Positions 12,372 to 28,585 of a stretch of 64,000 nt of DNA are shown piece after piece. The translations under genes and the position numbers were made by a program. Source of the stretch: Macrostomum lignano (lineage: Eukaryota). The stretch is from assembly GCA_002269645.1 (NCBI GenBank), contig NIVC01000460.1, positions 310,001-374,000 of the forward strand. The letters run 5' to 3'. Below the pieces are notes generated by a model. The model saw only the letters and a list, made by a program, of their open reading frames with translations, was not told the DNA's origin and did no database searches. Numbering within the stretch: position 1 is the first letter of the stretch; each line of letters starts with the position of its first letter.

Positions 12372-14550
12372 GCTGAAGGATGGCTGCCGGGGACGCAAAG
12401 CCGACTTCAAGTTCTTGGCGTTGGCCATCAACGCGGACGGTTCAAATCGACGAGAAGAGCTGAAGGGGGACAAACGCCGGTGGACTGCGCGAGATCGCCA
12501 AGCTGGCGGCAGCGCAGGCGGCCATGCCGGAGAAGGCGGAAGCCCTGGCGGCTTTGCACGTCTCACAGCATGCGTCAAGAAAGGCGAAGGAGGCCATCAA
12601 AACGGCAAGAGAGGCATCAAAGGAGGCGGTAGTGAAAGCAGCGCATGCGTCAGAAGCGGAATTGGGGGAAGCAGAGGAGAAATTTAAGGAGGCAAGAGAG
12701 AAAGCGGAGAAGGCGGCAAATGTGAATTGGCAGGAGGTAGAGAAGCAAGCAGAATCTGCGGCAGAGTTTTCTCAGACTGCGATGCAAAAGGCAAGGAGGC
12801 GGCGATGAAGGCGGCAACCTACAATAAAGTACAGCTCAGCATAGTTACGATTTCGGAAATGAGCAGAGAGAAGGCACTAAATAAATTTGTAACCGAGTTA
12901 GGTTAAAGTTGGGATAAACGCTCGTGTTGTGTCACTACACGTGATTGAACAGCTCCCTAAGATTGTTCTGCAGCGAACGAGCCTGGAGATGGCGTCAGCC
13001 CACTGACCGGACTGACTCCGCTACTGAGCGTAGGATCGCGTCGAGGTAAGGCAGTCAGTCCGTCCCTAGAGCGTACGGTACCCACTTTGCTCGAGATCCA
13101 AATGATTAATGAACACAGACGCGAGTCTTACTTTGACTTCCAATCGGCACGGCGGTAAGCAAGGCAGCGAGTTCGTATTGAGATTTCGATATTGCAGTTT
13201 GTTGATTCCGTAGAGTCTAGTGCCAGGTGTCAACGGGCACACGCTCACCCTGCCCACCGCCAGCAATTCTCTATTTATTTAGGCTGCCTGGCGTAGGCCC
13301 TAGGGTCTCACGCCAGACAGCATTATCAACAACCAACTTGTTGGCCAATCACCAATTGACAAGGGACAAGGGAATTGACAAGTGCTAACAAAAAGGGGAG
13401 AGAGGGGCCAGGCCAGCCAATCCGGCTGGGTACGCATAATAAGAAAAAGGGGCAGAGAATAAGGGTTGATACACAACTGGGGGGGGGGGTTTACGCAGAC
13501 AGAATGGGGGGGGGGTTGGCGCAGGCACGCGGCCAGGGGGGTTGGGAGTGCAGTGCCGGGCACACTTGACCGAGAGCCAGAGATTGCTCATCGGTGCAAG
13601 TGCACCCGGGCACAACACCCTCCCCCACCACAAAAAGAGGGTTCATACCATAGACTAAAAATTAAAGTGCATAAAAGTTTCGCACTCCCGACATCAGTTG
13701 AGCCGGCAGGGTCTTGTCGCCGCGCTCCGCTGCCAGCCAAGTCGCCGTCGTCCGTCGGTTTTCCTGGGTTTTCCGCAAACGGTGCTGATGATGCTAGCAG
13801 GAGCCGCTCCGAGGGCAGGGCAGCGATGCGTCGCGCATGCCAGCTGCTGTGTACCAGCCGAGCGGTGACCTTGAACTTGAGGCCCGGTAACGTAGCCAGG
13901 TACAGCCCTAGAGTGTCTACGGGCCAGTACGACGACTCGGTGACTAGAATGCGACCTTTCACGACGCCATTGTCGCCGGGAAGTTGCACGAACTCGTACA
14001 CTCGCACTGTTTCAAAAGCAATTCTGCAGATAGGATAGTCACGGCCTTCAACACATACGTCTGGGAATTGATAAGCACAAAAGATAAAGAAGAGTTCATA
14101 GCGTCTGACAATGGCCGCTATCTGATAACAAAGCTCAGGATGAGAGCAAACGACATGATCTTGGTCTACTTCTCTGTGCATCTGCCACACAAGACAGGCA
14201 AGGACAAAGCTTATCAGTTGATAAAAGGTGCTATTCAGGAATGTTGCTCTGATGCAGCCTTCATTATGATTGGTGGCGACTGGAACATGGAGCCTGAAAC
14301 TATTGCAGAGGAATTCAGAAAAATTCAACATAAGCTCGCCTTCAATACCAATGATGGCCGAACTAGCGCTGAAAGTGTAGAAAACGCAATCGACAACTTC
14401 GCACTGATGGCTGGGTCATCCAGTGAAGCACAGCTGTGGACACCATGCTTTGGCTCGAAGTGGATAATGAACGAGATGCAAGTCGAGAAGTACACCACTC
14501 ATGCTCCGATTTGGGCGGAGGTTCGACTTACCCCCAGAAATGAGGAATGA
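12372..14550 (+). pseudogene. Array unit 3: most complete split-EEP gene (N-motif, helical insert, EEP C-half), interrupted by an LTR element
   Basis: 3' splice site with a CTGAC branch point before 12372. Motifs FLALAINADG (N at 12430), SIVTISE (E at 12856), VYFSVHLPH, GGDWN (14275), IDNF (14389) and TTHAPIW (H at 14500). Two single-base frameshifts, TAA at 12904 and a 1083-bp insertion. Confidence 0.8.
12925..14007 (-). mobile_element. Truncated LTR retrotransposon: 3' internal fragment, PPT and one 693-bp LTR
   Basis: LTR 12925-13617 is bounded by TGTTGTG...CACAACA. Polypurine tract GTGGTGGGGGAGGG on the minus strand (13618-13631) abuts the LTR. Removing 12925-14007 restores the host reading frame (RS-CFKSNSADR). 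Confidence 0.8.
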
Positions 14551-14639
14551 AACAATTGACTGTTGAATTGCTTAACCTGGTTTCTAATTTTAACTCTAGT
14601 GCTATTTTGTGCCTTGTACTCGTAAAATGCCAAGTAAGT

Positions 14640-14800
14640 TTTGAGTAATGACTGGTGAATGGTGAATTGGTGACTTGGTGAATTGGTGAATGGGGAATTG
14701 TGAATGGTGATTGGTGAATAGTGAACGGTGAATGGTGAATAGTGAATGGTGAATGGTGAATAGTGAATGGTGAATGGTGAATAGTGAATGGTGAATGGTT
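14640..14800. repeat. Degenerate (GGTGAAT/AGTGAAT)n repeat
   Basis: Tandem unit visible. Confidence 0.85.
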
Positions 14801-14971
14801 CGCTTAATTTGGCGATTCCTTACACCCGCATCGCTATTTTCATAGCCATGTTTTTCTCGTCAACCGTCAAGTTTAGCTACGAGCTACTACTGCAAGTCAG
14901 TAGCAATCCAAGAACAATTAAATATAAAAATCAGGTAAAGTGGCTCGCTTGATGAAGAGTAGATAAATAAA

Positions 14972-15374
14972 GGTAAATATCAACATGAAGTATTATTTGA
15001 GTTGCCGATGCATTTCGTCCATTTGCATTAGGACATCGTCAGGGTCTTTTTATTTAAGAAACAAAAATTTGCGATGGGTGGGGCCAGCCGTCAACTCAGA
15101 ATTTTTTAGCTGATTTGTCAATGACCGGACTGGCTTGAAACTGATATGCACTTTACCCAACCAATACTGTATCAAAAAATTGATTACTATGTACAAGTTT
15201 TAAGCCATCAATTAAAAACTCAATTCAACTACTCTTGTTACTCTCAACTATATATATATATATACTGAATATTCGTTCAAATTGTTTCTCAATAAAAAGA
15301 CCCTGACGATGTCCTAATGCAAATGGACGAAATGCATCGGCAACTCAAATAATACTTCATGTTGATATTTACCT
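14972..15374. mobile_element. MITE with about 95-bp TIRs (possibly Kolobok-like)
   Basis: AGGTAAATATCAACATGAAG... is mirrored at 15284-15374. Flanked by TAAA (left) and TTAA (right). Confidence 0.7.
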
Positions 15375-15797
15375 TTAATTAAATCTAAAACAAAAAATGC
15401 AGCAGGATTGAAATCCTTTGTTCAATGACCTTCCCTATTATGCAAAAAAGTTTACAGTCATAGTGGTTGAGTTCGTTTCCTCAACCACTATCCTCAACTT
15501 CTAAAAGTTATGCAAAAGCCGCCAAAGATGCGAAAAATCTTGCTTTCCAAAAGTACACTCTTGACACTGGACAAACTTGTGCTTTTCAAATTCTTAAAGC
15601 ATTAAAAAAAACTGCATCCACAATGGACGCGCATACTACTGCTGACAGTAGCGACTGGCCAAGAGTTGGAAACAGTCTATGCAGTAGTCTATGGTAAATT
15701 CTATACTAAAAACACGAATATCCGTCGTGAACGAATGAACTGACACTGCCCGACGAATCCATGGAGGCCTTGGATAAGCCTAATGTGAATCAAGTTG

Positions 15798-15907
15798 AGT
15801 AGTGGTAGGTATTATATTGGATGGGAGCCATTCACACTCGCTTTGCTCGCTCGTTCACTCGTTCATTCTTCACTTGATGTCCATCCAATATAATACCTAC
15901 CACTACT
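15798..15907. mobile_element. 110-bp hairpin MITE with 27-bp perfect inverted repeats
   Basis: AGTAGTGGTAGGTATTATATTGGATGG and its reverse complement. Confidence 0.65.
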
Positions 15908-16674
15908 ATAAATATATTTTTTAAAAACCTGCAATTTTAATGATTGGAATTTTACCCCCCCCCCTCTTAGAGTGCTTCTGGAGGCCATTTTGGGGTGATT
16001 CTTGAGTCATGAGTCAGCTGGTGTGTCCAAAATGTCTTCACATTCTATTCATATTTTATTACATTATATACATATACGCTCGTATATCCCTATATTATAA
16101 AATTGCTAAGGGACTTTTTTAAGTCAGCTGACTCATTAAGAATAGCTATGCATCCCCAACAGTACGTTTTGGATAAAGGGGGAACTTCAACACAGCACTG
16201 TACAGTCTCCATTGTTTTCGCAGTACTCAGAAAAGGGAAGTTGCTCTGTACTCTCAAAGAGTCTATTGTTCTTGGAAAGGGCAACCTCCCGTGTAGCGTA
16301 TATAGTATGTAATTTTGGCTTGCGTACTGCAGAGACTGCTTGGACTCCCCCAGTAGCTGCGCCGATTCACCACGATAATTGCTGACAGCTCATGTGAGTG
16401 ACTGGCCACCTGACTGCCTTTGGTGATGGAAGTGTCTGGGGACAGTGTTCTGTGTGCTAGGAGCAGGGACTGGGATCAGAAACTGGGGTCAGGGTCAGGG
16501 ATTAGGGACTGGGATCAGAGATCAGAGACTGGGATCAGAGATCAGAGACTGGGATCAGGGACTGGGGCCAGGGACTGGGATCAGGGATAAGAGACTGGGA
16601 TCAATGACCAGAAGATCAAGGACTGGGGTCTAGTACACAGCTAGTAAACAGCACATGCCTCATATTGGACACTG

Positions 16675-16870
16675 TTTTGTGTGCCAGTACACAGCACTGT
16701 GTCAGGTTTCTATGTGCCAGTACACAGCACTGTGTCAGGTTTCTATGTGCCAGTACACAGCACTGTGTCAGGTTTCTATGTACCAGTACACAGCACTCTG
16801 TCAGTGTTCTGTGTGCCAGTACACAGCACTCTGTCAGTGTTCTGTGTGCCAGTACACAGCACATGCCTTA
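16675..16870. repeat. 33-bp intronic tandem repeat (GTGCCAGTACACAGCACTGTGTCAGGTTTCTAT)n, about 6 copies
   Basis: Tandem units without spacers. A related single copy occurs near 3520. Confidence 0.9.
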
Positions 16871-17299
16871 CATTGGACAGTGTTCTAAGTTTTTTACCAC
16901 ATGTAAAAACTGTCAGATATGAGTTTGAAGTCTTTCTCATGATACATTTTACGATTTTTCCACAAAAGGTGGCTTTAGTGTTGGAGGAACTGAGATATGT
17001 GACTTTGGGATTAGGGACTGTCTAACGGTGACCCGTATTTTCATCACCCGCAAGGCCGTGAAGTATGGCGACCACGCTTGACAACTCTGACTGCACTAGT
17101 TTCTTGGCGCTGTCCATCAACGCGGACGCTTCAAAACATGACATGTTTCCTAGTGGACTGGTTGAAATAACATTTTCAGCTGCAACGCAAGCCGAAAAGG
17201 TCTCAAAAGTAGCGAGTGAGTATTGGAATAAGGTGGCAACGCAGGCCACTGAGAAAGTGAAGGTGGGGACTACGAAGTGGCAGAAGGTGAAGAATGAGT

Positions 17300-17712
17300 T
17301 AAAGGAGAAGAAGGAGAAGGAGAAGAAGAAGGAGAAGAAGGAGAAGAAGGAGAAGGAGAAGGAGAAGAAGGAGAAGAAGAAGAAGGAGAAGAAGGAGAAG
17401 GAGAAGGAGAAGAAGGAGAAGGAGAAGAAGAAGAAGGAGAAGGAGAAGAAGAAGAAGAAGGAGAAGAAGGAGAAGGAGAAGAAGAAGAAAGAGAAGGAGA
17501 AGAAGAAGAAGGAGAAGAAGGAGAAGGAGAAGAAGGAGAAGAAGGAGAAGGAGAAGAAGGAGAAGAAGGAGAAGGAGAAGAAGAAGAAGGAGAAGGAGAA
17601 GAAGGAGAAGAAGGAGAAGGAGAAGGAGAAGAAGGAGAAGGAGAAGAAGGAGAAGGAGAAGAAGGAGAAGGAGAAGAAGAAGAAGAAGGAGAAGAAGGAG
17701 AAGGAGAAGAAA
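17300..17712 (+). repeat. (AAG/GAG)n trinucleotide repeat encoding a Lys/Glu tract
   Basis: In frame with ORF 17065-17718. Confidence 0.95.
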
Positions 17713-18516
17713 CTGTAAAAGCGGTAGCATCAAAACATTCTGTCAATGACAATGCGTTCCAAACTCTTCTTGAAGCAAACGTAGTGAAATCCCAAGTTAG
17801 ATATTTCAGTTTTCTGTCGTAATGCTGTAATGCAACAACAAATATCAAAATTTCAAGTGTTTTCAAATCTCAATGAGCCAATCAACAGAATGCTTCTCCT
17901 ATTACTAATGTTATTATTGTTACATTTGATTTTGTTGTGTCCTCATCAATTGAAAATTTTCCACCATTTTCTGCTGAGTCCATTAAACTTAAAATTTGCT
18001 TCTAGGACGCTCTAACAGTAAGTGATGAAGCACGACCTAAGATTTTTAGTGATTGTTGTGCGCTATATTTTATTGATTTATTTGACAAAAGAACTCTTAT
18101 TTAACCAACAGATTAGACTTTTTTTTCCGCAATACACAAGATAATACACAATATTAAAGCTCCCTGACGATCATAAACACACAGAAACATTTCGTTTTTT
18201 CTCCTTCCTTCATAATTTCAATTTCTTCATTTGATTCTTTCACTTCTAATCGATTGAAGTTTTATGGGTACTACATAAGAATTTGTTAATTTGTTAATTT
18301 ATTAATTTGTTAATTTGTTACTTTGTTAATTTATTAATTTGTTAATTTGTTAATTTGTTAATTTGTTAATTTGTTAATTTGTTAATTTGTTAATTTAAAA
18401 CACAATTTAATGAATATTGTACCATGACCTTTGTGCCCGCTGGGCACTTATTCTTGCCTTTTAATGCCATAGACTACATTTAAGCCCGCTTGCAGGAGTC
18501 AAACTTACTTTAATTC

Positions 18517-18557
18517 AAATTAGCGGGCAGTTAATGTCATTAACTGCCCGCTAATTT
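18517..18557. other. Perfect 20-bp palindromic hairpin (1-nt loop), with a second inverted pair at 18604-18722
   Basis: AAATTAGCGGGCAGTTAATG-T-CATTAACTGCCCGCTAATTT. Confidence 0.8.
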
Positions 18558-19029
18558 TGTTCCACTTTGTCAAGGACACAAATGTCTATGGCACAATAAT
18601 AGTAATACCCATGCTTTAAGGGCGTTAATGGGAAAATCAGAGGGCGCCGTTAGAAGAGGTTAAAAGAGGGCTTTAGACGGCACCCGAGGATTTCTCATTA
18701 ACGCCCGCAAAGCATGGGTATTAATGTACTATTCTTTGGGCCTGTGGTAAAGTAATATGTTTGAGTGTTTTTTGCGATTGTGTGACAATAACTCAACTAA
18801 AGTATGTAATCCTAGTTCAATGCACTGCTTTTTATACAACTGGTGTTTCAGTTAGAGAGCGGTATAAAGTTCTAGACATTACATGCAGTTAAATATCCCT
18901 CAGCAGAAGCCAATCCCTCAGCACTAAGTGCTACTTAAAGTACTTCTTATTGTAAAATCAGATTACTCCACGCAAACACAATTGCTATTTAGAAAGTAAC
19001 GGCCTAAATGACTTAGGTAGTAACGGTCA

Positions 19030-20170
<1,141 letters not shown>

Positions 20171-20314
20171 GTTTGAAAGCGGCAAATAAAATCGATATCA
20201 GGCAAAACAACCACCACCGCACACGCAGGTACATATGCACTGAATGAATGAGTGAATGAATGAATTCCGCGACAGCGTGATTTCATGAGTTCATGAGTTC
20301 ATCTGCACCCGCAG

Positions 20315-22776
<2,462 letters not shown>

Positions 22777-22905
22777 TGCTAGATGCGGTAGATAAATTTT
22801 CAGTGGACCCAACACTAAGGTGTCCACATTTCAATGCTCTATTGTCTCGGCCAATAAGATATGTACATTCCCGCCTCCCGTTCTCACACTCAGTCTCAAA
22901 GAGCG

Positions 22906-22949
<44 letters not shown>

Positions 22950-23089
22950 CTGCTCGCTATCTTTGATATAAGCAGTCATTTACGGACACACACATATTTA
23001 AGACACGTTTAGTCAACTGAAAAAAGTCTTCCTTTACTTACTCGTACAAGCTTAGCAAACAATTATTATCTTACACCATAGCAAAAATC

Positions 23090-25889
<2,800 letters not shown>

Positions 25890-25908
<19 letters not shown>

Positions 25909-27052
25909 TCCCAGATCCTGATCCCAGATCCTGATCCCAGATCCTGATCCCAGATCCTGATCCCAGATCCTGATCCCAGATCCTGATCCCAGATCCTGAT
26001 CCCAGATCCTGATCCCAGATCCTGATCCCAGATCCTGATCCCAGATCCTGATCCCAGATCCTGATCCCAGATCCTGATCCCAGATCCTGATCCCAGATCC
26101 TGATCCCAGATCCTGATCCCAGATCCTGATCCCAGATCCTGATCCCAGATCCTGATCCCAGATCCTGATCCCAGATCCTGATCCCAGATCCTGATCCCAG
26201 ATCCTGATCCCAGATCCTGATCCCAGATCCTGATCCCAGATCCTGATCCCAGATCCTGATCCCAGATCCTGATCCCAGATCCTGATCCCAGATCCTGATC
26301 CCAGATCCTGATCCCAGATCCTGATCCCAGATCCTGATCCCAGATCCTGATCCCAGATCCTGATCCCAGATCCTGATCCCAGATCCTGATCCCAGATCCT
26401 GATCCCAGATCCTGATCCCAGATCCTGATCCCAGATCCTGATCCCAGATCCTGATCCCAGATCCTGATCCCAGATCCTGATCCCAGATCCTGATCCCAGA
26501 TCCTGATCCCAGATCCTGATCCCAGATCCTGATCCCAGATCCTGATCCCAGATCCTGATCCCAGATCCTGATCCCAGATCCTGATCCCAGATCCTGATCC
26601 CAGATCCTGATCCCAGATCCTGATCCCAGATCCTGATCCCAGATCCTGATCCCAGATCCTGATCCCAGATCCTGATCCCAGATCCTGATCCCAGATCCTG
26701 ATCCCAGATCCTGATCCCAGATCCTGATCCCAGATCCTGATCCCAGATCCTGATCCCAGATCCTGATCCCAGATCCTGATCCCAGATCCTGATCCCAGAT
26801 CCTGATCCCAGATCCTGATCCCAGATCCTGATCCCAGATCCTGATCCCAGATCCTGATCCCAGATCCTGATCCCAGATCCTGATCCCAGATCCTGATCCC
26901 AGATCCTGATCCCAGATCCTGATCCCAGATCCTGATCCCAGATCCTGATCCCAGATCCTGATCCCAGATCCTGATCCCAGATCCTGATCCCAGATCCTGA
27001 TCCCAGATCCTGATCCCAGATCCTGATCCCAGATCCTGATCCCAGATCCTGA
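25890..27052. repeat. Highly homogeneous 13-bp minisatellite (CCTGATCCCAGAT)n
   Basis: About 89 near-identical units. Confidence 0.98.
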
Positions 27053-27535
27053 TTAGCAAAATCATACACTGATTTGACCTCTGACTTACTAATTTAATAA
27101 ACTAATCCAGAATATTATACACTTAACACTATAGCACGAAACACCTTGTATTCAATCTGGCTTAAATGCTTTGTGTTTGCTTTTTCAAACGTAACTGACA
27201 TATCGATAAATAGATAGAAACAACTTTTTTAGTAGTACATGTAGATTTTTTTTCATATTTCAGTTTAAAAACACAGCGACGACTCTGATCTCGCACTCTA
27301 TATTTTTCCATTTAATTTTTTCCTGCTTTTACATATGGACCCATTGCCTCAAAAGTGCATCGAATGAAACTAGTCGAGCCGGGCAAATTTTTCGCCTAAT
27401 TGAACTGTATTCCCTCGCGATTTGCTTGCACTGTCTATGGCCCGGGGCCCGGGGCAAAAGCAATGCTGATGAGCGTGTTTTCCCCCGAGGCATTGAAATG
27501 TGCAACAAGAACGCTAAATAGACAGCGGATCCGGT

Positions 27536-28585
27536 GTGTTTGCAAACATGGTAGACAAAGACAAGCAGAGAGTCTTCTGCACACCTGGCTTCGGCACGTT
27601 CGGCTCGATGATCGACTTGGGCCTGGACCTGGAGCCGCTGAGGAACCGGATTCGCGAATGCAAACTGCGCTACCACCGCGAGCTGTGGAGCATCATCTGC
27701 GACTTGGGCATTCAGGGCGGCGACTCTGGCTGGAAGAAACGCGACGACGACGAGGGCGGCGGCGAAGGCGGCGGCGAAGGAGGCGGCGATGGCGGCGGCG
27801 ATGGCGGTGGCGAAGACGGCGGCGAAGGCGGCGGCGATGGCGGTGGCGAAGGCGGCGATGACGGCGGCGATGGCGGCGGCGAAGGCGGCGGAGATGACGA
27901 GGGAGACGAGGCCAACCAGAGCAACATCAGAGCGATTCGCAATCGCAACAGGTCCAATGCGGCGGCCAATTTCGGGCGTAATTCTTTTCAAAGATCTTCG
28001 ACTGCTCTGAGACAGCAGCGGCAGCAGCAACAGCAGCGGCAGCAGCAGCGGTTGCCACCAAAGCAGCAGCAACAGCAGTATCAACAGCAACAGCATCGGC
28101 AGAGGCAGCGACAGCAGCCTCAGTGGCCTCCGCAACAGCTTCAGCCGCAGTGGCCCCCGGCTCCACCGCTTCAGCAGCCTCAATGGCCTCAACAGCAGCC
28201 GCAGATTCTGCATCAGCAGCAGCCATGGCTTCCACCCAGCATTCCCGGTCCATTGGCCCCGCTAGTAATCGAAAATGCTAATTATTTGTCTCATGCTCGA
28301 GCGAAACTGCCTTCAGTCGGCAAGAGTGCCAGCAGAAGAGGTGGGGGAGGCGGCGGCGGCATCTGCAACGGCAGCTGCAGCAGCAGTTCGCTCACATCTG
28401 CCGATGACGTCACAGGGTGCGAATTCTCCGAGCTGCCGGCCTTGCCGGACATCGAGTCGGCCCCGTCGTCATTGTTAGCCCAGTCGAAAAAGTTTGTGCC
28501 GCTCCGTTGCGGCGATTGGTCGTCGCGTAAAACAAAAGAAACTGGCAGTGACCGGCGTCGGAAGCACGGCAAGCACAAGCACTGA
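27536..28585 (+). CDS. Uncharacterised low-complexity protein (G/E/D tract, polyQ/P tract, basic C-terminus)
   Basis: 349-aa ORF with gene-like codon use. An upstream open frame (LIELYSLAICLHCLW...) would join it if one A were added at the AAA run near 27516. Confidence 0.5.
   Translation: MFANMVDKDKQRVFCTPGFGTFGSMIDLGLDLEPLRNRIRECKLRYHRELWSIICDLGIQGGDSGWKKRDDDEGGGEGGGEGGGDGGGDGGGEDGGEGGGDGGGEGGDDGGDGGGEGGGDDEGDEANQSNIRAIRNRNRSNAAANFGRNSFQRSSTALRQQRQQQQQRQQQRLPPKQQQQQYQQQQHRQRQRQQPQWPPQQLQPQWPPAPPLQQPQWPQQQPQILHQQQPWLPPSIPGPLAPLVIENANYLSHARAKLPSVGKSASRRGGGGGGGICNGSCSSSSLTSADDVTGCEFSELPALPDIESAPSSLLAQSKKFVPLRCGDWSSRKTKETGSDRRRKHGKHKH

Larger units (their letters stand above)
16103..17825 (+). 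pseudogene. Array unit 4: N-terminal region exon (16103-16393) plus EEP N-motif and helical exon (17055 onward), truncated
   Basis: PQQYVLD...VLR...ESIVLG..LPC...YCRDC, GTGAGT donor at 16394, CTAAC branch point and acceptor at 17054, then FLALSINADAS. The K/E repeat expansion ends in a frameshift; no GDWN half follows. Confidence 0.65.

Noticed and set aside
15467-15697. Ala/Lys-rich ORF as a fifth array unit
   Set aside because: No EEP motif or clear alignment to the other units could be seen.
16675-16870. 33-bp repeat resembling a CRISPR repeat
   Set aside because: No spacers; it is a local expansion of an intron segment present once in unit 1.
27329-28213. Minus-strand Ala/Leu-rich ORF
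   Set aside because: Antisense shadow of the low-complexity plus-strand ORF.
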